From contig OX597817.1 of the NCBI GenBank assembly GCA_951406725.2, forward strand, positions 85,808,001-85,872,000: DNA of 64,000 nucleotides, written 5' to 3'. This document shows, piece after piece, positions 1-13,217 of the stretch. Numbering within the stretch: position 1 is the stretch's first letter; each line of letters opens with the position of its first letter. This stretch comes from Octopus vulgaris (Eukaryota). The notes below the pieces were generated by a model. The model made no database searches. It had not been told where the DNA came from and saw only the letters and a list, made by a program, of their open reading frames with translations. The translations under genes and the position numbers were made by a program.

Positions 1-744
1 TTTTCCAAGCTGAATTTCTCAAAATTATTTCACTTTTTTCAGAAAAATGTTTTCAAAAAGTTATAGAGGTTTAAAGCTTGATCATTTCACCCAGTCAGGA
101 AACAGGGTTTGGAAGCTGTCATTTCATGCGTAACTGCACGTTTTGTCATCAGCATCTTGAAAATAGCATGTGTTGTCAATATTTGTAAACAACACATGTT
201 TTGTAGTTTGAAGCATTCTATATGCATTTAATGTGATAGCACGAACTTAAAAGATTTATCCAACAAACATTATTTAGCTGTTATTTTCAGCACACCTCAC
301 AACCACCTCAATGACAAAAAGGAAAGAGTAAACAAGTAGTTTTAAGCCTTCAATATGTATTTAATGTAAATGCGATGAACACCACATTACATGCAATAAA
401 CACGTTACAATTTTTCCCCACAAATGGTTTCAATATAGTTTTAACATAAAGATTTGGAAGAATTAGATGAAAGTTCTCTCTTTTACTCTTTTACTTGTTT
501 CAGTCATTTGACTGTGGCCATGCTGGTGCACCGCCTTTAGTCGAGCAAATCGACCCCAGGACTTATCCTTTGTAAGCCTAGTACTTATTCTATCGGTCTC
601 TTTTGCCGAACTGCTAATTTATGAGGACGTAAACACACCAGCATCGATTATCAAGCGATGTTGGGGGAACAAACACAGACACACAAACATATACACACAC
701 ACACACACATATATATATATGTATGTATGTATATATATATATAT

Positions 745-985
745 TATATTAAATTAGAGATAAAACCACTATTAGGCAAATCAAACAATGAAAAACTTAA
801 GCCAATACATAAAATTAATTAATTTATATTATTTTAAATATATATCAAAAGTATTAAAAGTTTCATAAAAGATAATGAGTAAAACACTACGATCGTTTCA
901 TGGCTGTCCAATTCGTAATAATTCGAGTTATGGTTACAGTCAATCTTCAGGTAATTGAAATATTTATCTTAGCGAGGTATATATA
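745..985 (-). mobile_element. Short Penelope-like terminal fragment inserted in a (TA)n tract of a SINE
   Basis: AT-rich segment flanked by (TA)n on both sides and carrying a hammerhead motif. Confidence 0.5.
883..956 (-). ncRNA. Minimal type I hammerhead ribozyme motif (Penelope-associated type)
   Basis: Minus strand reads uac-CUGAAGA-u-UGACUGU..ACAGCCA-u-GAAA-CGAUCG-UA-gug: intact core, 6/7-bp helix II, palindromic helix III, 3-bp helix I. Confidence 0.7.
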
Positions 986-2355
986 TAAAAAACACCCACT
1001 ACACTCGCGGAGTGGTTGGCGTTAGGAAGGGCATCCAGCCGTAGAAACACTGCCAGATCTGACTGGGCCTGACAAAGCCGTCCAGCTTCACAGACCCCAG
1101 TTGACCCGTCCAACCCATGCTAGCATGGAAAACGGACGCTAAACGATGATGATGATGATGATGATATATACATACATACATATATATGACGGTCTTCTTT
1201 CAATTTCCGTTTACCAAATCCACTCACAAGGCTTTGGTTGACCCAATGCTATAGTAGAAGACACTTGCCCAAGGTGCCACACAGTGAGACTGAACCTGGA
1301 ACCATGTGGTTCATAAGCAAGCTACTTACCACACAGCCACTCCTACGCCTATAATTTTCTCTAGTAATTTTCTTTCATGTAAATAAATGTTTATGTTATT
1401 TTAAAAGATTTATCCCAAAAACTTTATTTAGCTGTTATTTTTAGCACACCTCACGACCACTTCAATGACTAAAAGAAACAAGTAAACAAGTAGTTTTAAG
1501 TATTCAATATGCATTTAATGCAAATGTGATGAACAACACATTACAAATTAAATTTTTCTTTTTTAAATTTTGTTGACCAGTTCATAAATTCACATACTTA
1601 ATTGTCAACAGATTAGTAAAACAAGTGGTTCCAATATATTTGTCAACACATGCTTTCTCACAGACAAAAGAGTTCTTATATTCCACTTGTTTCTATGCAA
1701 ACAGGCATGGATGTGTCTGTGGCTTACGATTGGCTAAAATTATCGAAATCTTCAAACTTTAATTGTTAATAACTCTTTATTTATTGATTTATAGTGAAAA
1801 TGATTTTTAAATCATTCATTAGCCAATAAAAGTGTAACATTACACTGAATATGAAATCAATTTGAACAGAATTGATGCTAGCAGCCAAGCCAACTAGATC
1901 CACTTTTTCTATTCTTCTGTAGAAGATATACACCACTTAATTAACATACATGTGCTTAAATCTCTACATCAACTGTATAAGATATGTACAACCTTCATCA
2001 TCGTTTTAATATCCACTTATCTATGTTTGCATGTGTCAAGTAAGATTTGTTGAGGCAATTTCTCTCCAAGAAGATACCCATCTTGACACCAATCCTCACC
2101 TGTTTCCAATCAAGGTAGTATTTTCTCCAGTCAGGAATGTTTTTTTTCAAGGTACTGGAAGTAAGCAACATCACATGAGTCAGTGATACAGATATCAAAT
2201 GATGTCAAAATGAGGATACACGCAAACACACACAGCCAAATACAATACATACATACACACATACATACACACACATGCACACACACATACATACATACAT
2301 ACACACATATATGCATATATACATACATACATACATGCATGCATGCATGCATACA

Positions 2356-2386
<31 letters not shown>

Positions 2387-3325
2387 GTACGCACGTTTGT
2401 ACATATGTGTGTATGATTGGCTTCTTTCAGTTTCTGTCTACCAAATCCACCGACAAGGATTTGGTTGGCCTAAAGCTATAGTAGAAGATACTTGTTCAAA
2501 GTGCCATGCAGTGGAAGTGAAATGAAGACCAAATAGTTGGAAAATGATCTTCTTAACCACACAGCCACTCCTATACCTATACCAGTTAATTAGAAATATA
2601 TAAATTCAGGATAACCAAAAATATATCCATTTATTCTTTTTGTAATGTGTTATATCATAAGAAAGAGTGAAAATGATATTGAATAGATCACATTGGTTTT
2701 ATGTTTCTCATTACTAAATGACAGACATCAAGCTAAGTGTATTCTGCCTGATAGTTAAAAATTTTCTTAGTGAATTCAACAAGACTGTGAGCCAGCAAAA
2801 TTTACACTTGTTCTGTCAGGTTATAGATCTAACACGATCATCTCAGATATAAACCAATAAGACTCTTTATTCAATTAATTTTGTCACTTCCTATTTAAAT
2901 CAATAAAGTTAAATTTCTGGTTTAGTTTGTGAAAAAAAGATATCTTTTTCAACCAATCCACTGATATTTCCACACTGTATTCTATTTTGATTATCCTCCA
3001 ATTATCAGATATATTAACACTTTGATTTTTAAAAATGTGCAGTTGCATAGTAACATTATAAATATTATTTTGTTTCTAAATATTACTGTTTCCCTTTTTG
3101 TTTATCAGTTATAAGGTACATATGTGTTAAGTTATTACAGAACTATTACTAGAGTTTTTTATGATTAAGCTAATAATAAATCAATGTATTTCATTCAACT
3201 ACATCCAAAAGCATCTGTACAGTAAAAGGAACTCTTTACATTATCAAATTTTTCAAGGACTAATATATTTATTATTACTATACATAGAAATTGTTTATAA
3301 ATCCTATATCTAATCATATATAGGT

Positions 3326-3367
<42 letters not shown>

Positions 3368-4283
3368 ACACATATAGAGAGAGAGGGAGAGAGCAAGAGA
3401 GATTAATGGAGGGGATAATTATGATCCAGGCTATCATCTCATCAGCACTCCATGTAGGAAACTGGCTTGCATAGTATTCCAATAACCAAAGGAGCATTAA
3501 TTAAACTCCAACTGACTACAAAGGGAAGTACTTCACAAATCCAGTTGGCATAATGTATAACTCACAGAGTGTATAATAGAAATAATTTAAATGAGGAAAA
3601 GAGAAATTCAAATCGATGTTACAATTGTTTCCATAAACAAAGACTGTTCATTCCAAACCACATATAAAGTTATATAATTCATACAATATATGCAAATAAT
3701 TTTATCGTATATATTGTATGTATTGCTTAGCTTTATGTGTAGTAAGGAGTAAACAACATTCGTTTAGAGAAAATATTGTATCATCAATTTGAATTTCTCT
3801 TTTCCTCATTTAAATTATATATGTATATATGCGTGTGTGTGTGTGTGTGTGTGTGTGTGCATGTGTGTGTGTATGTATGTATGCAGGTATTTAGAAAATA
3901 CCTCACTGAGTGACAACCAATGCCCTGCATGATAGTTATGGGCTGCTCTTTAATAAAGTATAGCACCCCTTCAGTCACCCTGTCAGGACATGGTAAAGTC
4001 ATGAGACTGCAGCATGGTTGATTGTGAAGAAGTAGCGGAAGAGCTCAACTGAGCCAACAGTGCTTCTGACATTGGTGCTGAGTAGAGGAATCCTGCAGTC
4101 AGGATCAACGGTCAGCATCACTAAGTTCTATCAAGAGAGTAACTGCAATGCATCCATAGGGGTGGTATCCATGGTTGTGTAATCAGCTAATGAAAGATTC
4201 ACAATGACTCAAGCTCCCAAATCAAATTCCTAATAATGGAAATGGATGGCAACAAAAAGTCATAGAAGTCTTCAAAAGCAACA

Positions 4284-4345
<62 letters not shown>

Positions 4346-4547
4346 CCAGTGTTGGTGTGTTTACATTCCTGTAAATTAGCAGTTCAGCAAAAGGGACTGA
4401 TAGAATAGGTATTAGGCTTTAAAAATAAGTTCTGAGGTTGATTTGTTCAACTAAAACCCTTCAAGATGGTGTCCCAACACTGCTGCAGTCAAATGACAGA
4501 AACAAATAAAAGAATATATATATATATTTAATAACTGTCTCCCGTCC

Positions 4548-4599
4548 ACACGACTTAAAGATTCATGAGCATCTAGGATATATCCATCTCTTCAGATGT
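4548..4599 (-). ncRNA. Decayed hammerhead-like motif
   Basis: Minus strand: ACAU-CUGAAGA..cau-GAAU-CUUUAAG-UC-GUGU. Helix I pairs (ACAU/GUGU), but the core reads GAAU instead of GAAA. Confidence 0.35.
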
Positions 4600-5204
4600 T
4601 AGGAAGCAGCATGGAAAGTTTGAGAGAAATACATGATGGCTTGTAGGTTCTTAGGCTTCTATCGATCAGGTCAGGTCATATGGTATTCATGCAATCGAAT
4701 CAACACCAACTGTTGTCTTTATTTTTATGTCTACATGTTCGGACAGAATGTTGACAGTGGATACTACAGATGGTTGGATAGGATGCTCAGTCACCATTCA
4801 CTGGAGTATGAACACATTAGTGGCTGCAGTCATTACATGGGAGTAACCAAATTTGATAGTGTTGGCTTACAACTGAGGTTGTCTGACTAACAAAGATGGT
4901 CTGTAGTCCATAATTTTCACAGAAGTTTTACCTAGACTGTGTGTATGTGTTTCAAAGGAAGTTATTTTATGGTATTCTTTCATTTGAAGAAGCAAAGTTG
5001 TCAACTCAACATATATGGGATCATATGATTTTTCGTTAATTTCTGTAAAATTGTTTTAGCTTCTGTATGCTTTGAAGAGAGGGCAGAGTGAAAAGGTGAC
5101 ATTTGCTTTGAAGTGAGAGGAGAAAGTATAAGAAGCATGTGTATATGAAATGGACGTGTGTGTGATGTTTGAATTTTTTTGCCTGTATGCGTAAGTGGCA
5201 CTCA

Positions 5205-5266
<62 letters not shown>

Positions 5267-5418
5267 TCTTTCATATACACATACATAGTGGATGTAAACA
5301 ATACACACACCACCCATTTTTGGCGTAACCCTAACCCTAAACACCAGGAGTGCGTATTCTTTACCTTCGCCCATAAATACATATGTATACATCTTTTTTG
5401 TGCCTGAGAAAAAGAGAG

Positions 5419-5467
<49 letters not shown>

Positions 5468-7911
5468 CTATTTTCTCATAACATAGATAAATGGATGTCT
5501 TTTAATGCAATTCTTTTGGTTGTGGCTTATTTTAATACCATATTTATGTGTACATTTTCATAAATGTTTGTCTGAGTAGAAGTCAACGCATGCATGAAAC
5601 ATTGGAAGCAAATGAAAATATTGTCCTAATATGACCTCAAAATTGTGCGACCCAACCTAGTTACCGAGGTTATTTTAATTGTAAAAAATAGTTGTTAGTC
5701 AAAAACGTAGGTTATTTGGTACAGAGATAATAAGCAGCTTTCTTTGTTATAATACAGATGTGACTAATTCAGAAAAACATTACTTTCATTATTCACACAT
5801 CATCACTCTTGTAATGCAACACTTTGTAATTTTGGTTCAAATTGAAAGTGTGCAACTATTTTCATTTTGGTCGTTGTAAAGAAGTCTATCTGAAACAACT
5901 ATAGCTGGTTGATGAGATAACATAGAAAATATGTAAATGAAAATAAAGTTTATTTCACATGTGTAATTGATTTGATTGTTCTGGTCTTAACATCAGTTGG
6001 TAAGAACAGAAGTCATTTGATGGCACCTTTTTGTTTCTAATTAGCTATCCTGTTGCAGGTTCAGTCCATGGAATATTGAAATGATACCCATCTTGTCCAT
6101 TCCACAGAATAAGAGTATACTGGAGAGCATGATAAGAGGGATGAGTCTGTGAAACGCGTTTAAGGTTGTTATCTCAAACATGAATGAGAATATTATGATT
6201 TTCATGGGGATCACTAACCATAAGGATGGCTACATCATTAGATGTGGACTCATTAAAACCATGTAAAATGTTCTTTACTATAGTTTACTATAGATGTAAG
6301 GAATGCAGAAACACACACTTATAGAATTGATAATATTGAAAACAGCAAAATGTACACATACAAAGTTCAAGCGAAATGAAATGTAGTCAATATAGGTGCA
6401 AAACATACTTTCTGTAGCATGCTATGAAAAAATGGGAAGTCACCAATTTAGCAAAAGTTACTATGCATCACCAATGTACCAAAGTACAGAAAGTCAACAT
6501 TTATTTGTACTAAATGTTATAAAATTCACAATTGAATATCACAGTGAAGAAAGTGAGAGTCCAAGAAAATTCAGAAGGCATAATTCAATTTTTCATACAA
6601 AAATAATTCATTTTACAATTTTCAAACAAACATTGAACCAAGTGTGTAGAAAGGAAAATGCTGTTGTTGTGAACATTAATTTGAAATATTTGCTGAAGGA
6701 TGTATGGAGCAAGATATAAATTAATTTGACATTACTACATATTTTTTAACTGTGTAACATTATAGACTGTAGAATAAATACTGAGTAACACAGTAAAATG
6801 GTTGTGCGATGTTGATACTCACAATGATGAAGAAGCTCAGGAGGACTGTTAAAAATCATTATCTTGAAACTGGTTAGAAGGAGTGGAATAACATTTCTGT
6901 AATTATATTGAAAGAGCTGCTGGGGCTTTCTACTTCGCCAAGTTTCTGAATTTATTATAATAACCAGAATAACATTTTTTTTTCAGATATATTTGCGAAT
7001 ATTGTGAGTGGTGTTAAATCAGCCAAATCTTCATGTTGGTAGTACTTGGAAGTGAACGTTGTCATTCGTTTAAAGTCCAGGTTGTAACTAAGCTTTCAAT
7101 ATCAGCGTATTTCACTGTTGGGCAGGAGAAAGTTATATACATAAACTAAGACAAACACACACACACACACGCATTAATGCATACCTGAAGTCTATGTCAA
7201 TCGTCACAAAAATATATGTATACTGACAGACACATACACCATCACACACATATCTTGTTAACAAACACACTCATACAGAAAATGTGATGTCATTGTCATT
7301 GTGGTGGTGATATAAAATGTCATTTACAATAGGTGACTAAAAGAAAAATGACAATGTTAAATTTTTGTAATGCAGACATGTGAACAAAAATATAGTTTAG
7401 TTGGTAGCCAAAAGCCTACTGAATCTTTTGATACCCCATACTTCAAAATCAGCAACTCAGTTTTGGAAGGCATAAGGAACATATGCACACACACACACGC
7501 ACAAACTCTCTTTTATAGATATAGATTCCAATCTTGCTTCGCTATAAGACACTTGCCTCTTTATTGCTATCCAGTTTATCTGTTGAGCCACCCTTTCAAT
7601 ACCAATCCAACTGAGACTACCCATACTGAAGTGTTCCCATTTAAATTAAAATCTTGATCAAAATCTAATTATAACATGAATTTTAAAGTAAGATTTTAGC
7701 TGATCAGCGCTAGTATAATATAATGAAGTGACTCTTTGTGGATATTTGATTTGTTAGGAATAGCAGCAGTCTCTTAAATCATGCACTACTGTCTTACAAA
7801 AATAAGTTTGCATTTGGCAATTTACTCCTAAATAGGAGAGTCATGGTTGAAATACTACTATTAATAGTTCTGCCCAATCACAGCTAACCTGGGGTTAACC
7901 ACCAACAAAAA

Positions 7912-8984
7912 ATGATATCATCATTATCATCATTTAATATCCTCCTTCCATGCTGGCATGGGTTGGACGATTTAGCAGGAGCTGGCAAATTAGATAAGTG
8001 TGCCAAGTTCTACTGTCTGCTTTGGCATGGTTTCTATGACTGGATGTCCTTTCTAAGATCAACCATTTACAGAGTGTACTGGATGCTTTTTTACGTAGTA
8101 CCACAGCAGTAAGCTGACTAAGTAACTTGCAAGACAAGGACCCTTGGCAGAGTGGGGAGTAGTACTGAGGGAGGTGGCTTAGTGTTAGGTGATGAGAAGT
8201 TACGATATGAATAGAGAGACAGAAATAAGTGTTTTGCCATAATAAGTGTTTTGCATTCAGGTAGAGAGAGAGATAAGATGTAAAGGGGTGTTCACCCAAG
8301 TTATAGGGAGGTGTATGTAGTAAAGGGAACCCGGGATTGGATAGAGTGAGTAAGTTCATGAGAATACAAAAAGAGTGAAAGGTGAAGGGGAGGGATGAAT
8401 GTAGTAAGAGGACACCATAACAGTATGTTGAGAGGAAGAGATTCAACAAGGACATATTGTGTGTGGGTAGGTTTGTGAGGGAGAGTGGGAGATAGAGGGA
8501 AACATAGGTGGGGAAAGGTGTTAGGAAAATGAGATGTGGGGGAGAGTTTTGTCAGATTGTATGCAGAGGCATAGAAATAAAGGACATACTTTTATGGCCT
8601 CAAATTTCATAAGCCTTCTCAAACACAGCAAATTGCTAATTGTCTCCATCCTTTGTCATCTTTTCTGTGAGACTCAACATTTGAAGATCATTTTTCACCA
8701 CTTTGTTCCACATCTTCTTGGGTCTTCCTCTTTCACAGGTTCCCTCCATGTTCAAAGATCAGCACTTCTTTATGCAGCTGTCTTCATCCATATTCATCAC
8801 AAGACCATACAAGCACAGTCTTCACTCTTGTACACTGCCTCTGATGCCTCTTATACCCAATTTTTCACTCAACACCTTTGCACTTTGTCATACATGCATA
8901 CTGATATTGCACATCCAGCAGAGTATACTGGCTTCATTTCTTTGAAGCCTTTGCATGTCCTTTGCATTCACAATATGTAAGAAA
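7912..8984 (-). mobile_element. 5'-truncated RTE-clade LINE remnant (ORF C-terminus, 3' UTR, (GAT)n tail)
   Basis: 8600-8980 resembles the RT C-terminal region at 31121-31500; tail motif at 7915-8110. Confidence 0.7.
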
Positions 8985-9028
8985 CTAGCAGAGATACCCA
9001 GCGTTGCTTGGATTAAAATGGCATAGTT

Positions 9029-9061
<33 letters not shown>

Positions 9062-10672
9062 CAGTTATGTTGAAACAGGTGATATGGAGAAGTGCAGCAT
9101 TGATGACAAAACATTTGTGGAGTAAATGAGGAGCTAATTCGACTAAGCAACATGCCATGAGTCCACTTGGAGAATTCCAGAGCCTAACCTGTCGTGGAAA
9201 ATTGGGGTTGGGGGTTATGTGATTTTTGAATGCCCTGAAAAGCTGTCGGTGGATATACTCTCCTTTGCAGTGGTTGGTGCTGTGTCTAACACAACCCTTG
9301 TTGTCTTACATCACTCATAAAGTAAATTTGGAGGAATTGTAGTTGTTCATTTGTGGGTAACAGGGAACCAATGAGGTGATGAACTTGCCTTTGAACTTTG
9401 AACGTCAGCATAAATCCATGTTCAGCTATCTTCTTAGATGCACCAAACAATGTCATTTGAAATGCAGAGTTATATTGTCTGATATTGTTCAGAAAATCCT
9501 TTGACTGGATGGAAGTACCTTCCAGAAGATCTGTAACAGGTTGAGCAGGACCTGATAGTGCTGAGCTGCACATTCCATTAGTTTCATTTGGAAATTTCAA
9601 AGCTTTGCAGAAACAACAATTTGAGCTTAGCACACCAATTTGGACAAAATTATCATTTTTATAAGAATGGGATAGATTATATCTGAAAGCAGCTCCAGGA
9701 GTTGTGACAAATGAATTTGTATGTAGTCTGTTTCTGAGAGCTATTTTATTGGGCCTCTGTCTAATCCTTAAAACGTTGTTTTAATAATCCAGCATTAAGT
9801 GCTGCAGCATGCATTTGCTGATCTTGGGAAAGTCTCATCTCCCTTCTCTCTAGAGACTGTCTGATGTGCTGCAGCATACCTTTGTTGATCTTGAGGAAGT
9901 CTCTTCTTGCTTCTGTCTTGAGACCCCATATGATGTGCTGCAGCATGCATTTGCTGATCTTGGGAAAGTCTCATCTCCCTTCTGAATTGAGAGACCATCT
10001 GACATGTTGCAGTATGCATTTGCTGACCTTGGGAAAGTCTCATCTCTCTCTACTCTCTTGAGACTCCATTTGACATGCTGCAGTATGCATTTGCTGATCT
10101 TGAGAAAGTCTCATCTCCCTTCTCTCTCGAGACTCTAGCCTTCGGTTTTCTACAATCCTCCTTGCTTTATACTTGTTTCTGAAGAGACTACGTATTTGGT
10201 GACATATTTTTTCAATATTTTAAACAAAAAATTATGAACATAGAAAAAATTATTCATTAATTTCTATTTTTGTAAGTAGTTGTATGTAGTATGTCGTTAT
10301 TTTTGTATGCAGTATGGATTACCCAAATATAAGCAACTTAACCAAATAGAAGCAACTGCTGTGATAATTATTAACTGGTAATTGAATGGTAAATGTGTAT
10401 TTTTACATACTTCGGATCTGCCACCTCATTGTTTTTTGTCAAGAGTTTCACATCCAACCTTTCGTTTGTCAGTCAACACATGCACTGACACACCATTCTG
10501 CTGTGGTGGCCATAAAGACGGAAAGTTGCCATTACATAACGTTGTTCACACTAGGATGTAAATTATTGATTTATTTCAAGTATAATAGAAATAAGATGAT
10601 CTAAGTGTTATCACATTAGAATTAAAAGTGAAAGCATGAAAGTGAAACTATTATATCACATTACAATATAGA
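8985..10672 (-). mobile_element. Internally deleted Helitron with Rep N-terminal remnant
   Basis: Minus strand A|TC start (10672), subterminal hairpin ccaagcaacgctggg, CTAG|T end (8985). ORF CKALKFPNETNGMC..FLNNIRQYNSAFQMTLFG..FKVQRQVHHLIGSLLP..FLQIYF is typical of Helitron RepHel. Confidence 0.88.
9795..10140 (-). repeat. ~69-bp (23-codon) tandem repeat, about 5 copies, inside the Helitron
   Basis: Units at 9801, 9868, 9937, 10006 and 10077 encoding RREMRLSQDQQMHAAA-like repeats. Confidence 0.9.
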
Positions 10673-10814
10673 TGTTATTCTTTCACTTTTGACACATAAT
10701 ATTACTGAACCTGTGCCGATGATATATTGTTTTAATCTAAATGGAAAAAAATTACATGTTGACACTCACATGGTCTGATACTATTACCTTGTAAAATTTG
10801 ATATTTACACTTTC

Positions 10815-11082
10815 TAACCCTTTTGACACCAATCTGATCAGACATCCCTTGGTTCTATAATATAAATTTGCTGTTTTAATCTATTAGATATACATCTGTC
10901 TCAGACTGTCCCTGTTTAAAATAATCTAATTTAAAGTCTTTCATCAAAATTTTATGTTAATTTATATTCTAAATACCACCTTAATAATGGCAAAGTTAAT
11001 TTACTGAATTCTTCATTATTTCAAAAATTAGCTGAAACAAAAGCAGTGTATGTCAACAGAATTACAGTAACAAAAAAGTTAA
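10815..11082 (+). mobile_element. TTAA-flanked MITE (piggyBac-like ends), family A
   Basis: taacccttttg..caaaaaagttaa; internal sequence shared with 43928-44152 and 44735-44963. Confidence 0.6.
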
Positions 11083-12982
11083 TGACCAAATTCACCTAAC
11101 TCTAATATCATAGAGTTTAAGTTAGTATTAATATTTTGCTGTAAGCAGTGGCGATGCTATGAAACTGATGTAGATTTTGTTACCTTTGTCTCTTGTTTTT
11201 GTCTTCTTATTCATCAATATATTATTGATGGTGTATTTTGGGTTTTTTTTCTTTTTGGTGATGGGGTTTTAATCAGGAATAAATTGAGATAAAAGGACCT
11301 TAAGGATATATTACCGGATTACCTAGCAATAATCATAAGTTCAAATTTACATTTGTTATTTCACTGTTTCACTATTCTTCATTATTGCACATTTTCTCAA
11401 TTCAATTAGCAACCAATGCTTGAATTTCTGGAAAATGTCAATAAATCTAATCAGTTATAGCTATATGTTTTATCACAAAAGCCTCTAGAAGATATCTGTA
11501 ATCACTTAAGCTCAAGTAGTTTGCTGTATTTATCACATAAGTAAATAAAATCTTGCAGTAATATGAAAACGTGGCCTGCCCACTACTTAGCAATTCATAG
11601 ATAGGATATCTTTAACTAAAACTATAAGTTCCATTAATTATTTAATCCTGCATTTTTAATGTACATTAATTGTTGTTTTTTCAGGTTTTTATTTTTCATT
11701 TTTTGCTTTTTTTGTATTTTTGCCTTGAAGTGGGATATTTCTGTCATTTACAATAAAATATTTATAAGATATTTGCTTCCATATTATACAAGTAGATGAA
11801 ACTAATTAGTGTTTGGGGGTTTCTCAGTTTACTTTTTGAAGTGCAAAATATTTAAAATATAAGTCTGTTAAAACAAAATTTTTCAAGTATTTAAAAATGG
11901 AAGTAGAATTTAAGAAATACTGAATAAAATTGTATAAAAATCTAAAAATGAAAACAATTAAGTCACTAAGTTAGATTGGTAGCCACCAACAGTTGAAATA
12001 TAATACATTTGTAGAATAGAAAATGTCACCTAATTTCAGAGAAAGCAACAACAGTAACAACAATTACAACAACAAAGAGAAGGTTTTGGGAAGACAACAA
12101 AACTAATCTTGATGTGAGTAATGAATGATAAAATAAACATTTATAATTGACCAGACAGAAGTAAAGATATATTGAATGACTATTGTCTATTTTGGATAAT
12201 TCCACTGGAAATCTTTTATGATAGATAAAAAATAAAATATTAAATATTTACAAAATTATGATCATATGCATCAGAATTTAAGTGAATCTAAAAATAAAGG
12301 AAAAATCTGGAAATATGCTTTTAAGGGAAGTGTGAACATATATAAACATGTGAGTGTGAGAGAAACAGAGAAACAAGGAGAAAGAGAGACCGACAGACAG
12401 AGAAAGAGACTGAAAGATAAAACATTCATTGAAGGTATTGTTAGAAAACAGTCTAAGAAATAATAGAATATAACATTTATAGCTGGTGTCCTATCTTTTA
12501 ACTATTTGTAAAAACTTAAAAGCAATCAGTAAACAACTTTAATTCAATTATTCATTTTTTTCTTATTTTTGTCTGCCGGTTTTGATATAATGGTTTACAT
12601 ACACTTAGAAATATTTTATAGAAATGTTTTTCTGTCTCTACTTCTTTGTTTCCATGTGCCAAAACTTCAGTATAAGAGCTTCTATATAACAGCCAATTTC
12701 TCTTCAACAAATTCCCAACCATTCTTAATCTAGAGTCACTACATTTTAAATCCTAAATTTAAGAACAGTATGATTCATTGTTAAAATGGAACAGCTGCAG
12801 CTAAGGCTAATCTGATACTTTATTTAGTCAACCATTTTCATGCTCTCATTTGGCTCAAGTATAAACTAACAACAGCTGCAACAATAATAAACAGTTTGGT
12901 TTCCATGGTGATGTTAATAGTGAGTTGCAAGGACACCCTTAAAGATTTCTTAACTATATAATAACAGATAAAATTTAACAAG

Positions 12983-13172
12983 TAGGCGTAGGAGTGGCTG
13001 TGTGGTAAGTAGCTTGCTTACCAACCACATGGTTCCGGGTTCAGTCCCACTGCGTGGCAAGTGTCTTCTACTATAGCCTTGGGCCAACCAAAGCCTTGTG
13101 CCGACCAAAGCCTTGTGCCGACCAAAGCCTTGTGAGTAGATTTGGTAGACGGAAACTGAAAGAAGCCCATTG

Positions 13173-13217
<45 letters not shown>

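Larger units (their letters stand above)
481..1351 (-). mobile_element. tRNA-derived SINE, interrupted in its internal microsatellite by two insertions
   Basis: Minus-strand head aggcgtaggagtggctgtgtggtaagtagcttgc (A/B-box-like) and tail ..gaaacaagtaaaagagtaaaa; same family as 12983-13450. Confidence 0.85.
249..1545. repeat. Diverged direct repeat (~150 bp; copies ~249-390 and ~1402-1545)
   Basis: aaaagatttatcc..tatttagctgttattt..agcacacctcac..gtaaacaagtagttttaag..gatgaac..cacattaca occurs twice. Confidence 0.75.

Noticed and set aside
2131-2525. Cluster of His/Thr/Tyr/Val/Cys-rich ORFs (also at 5036-5407, 15497-15781, 19644-20216, 25073-25576)
   Set aside because: They are translations of (CA)n, (CATA)n, (GA)n and (GAT)n microsatellites, not genes.
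5327-5340. (TAACCC)2 telomere-like repeat
   Set aside because: Only about two units; not meaningful.
12983-13060. tRNA-like sequences with A/B boxes at many positions
   Set aside because: They are SINE heads continuing into SINE bodies; no complete cloverleaf is evident.
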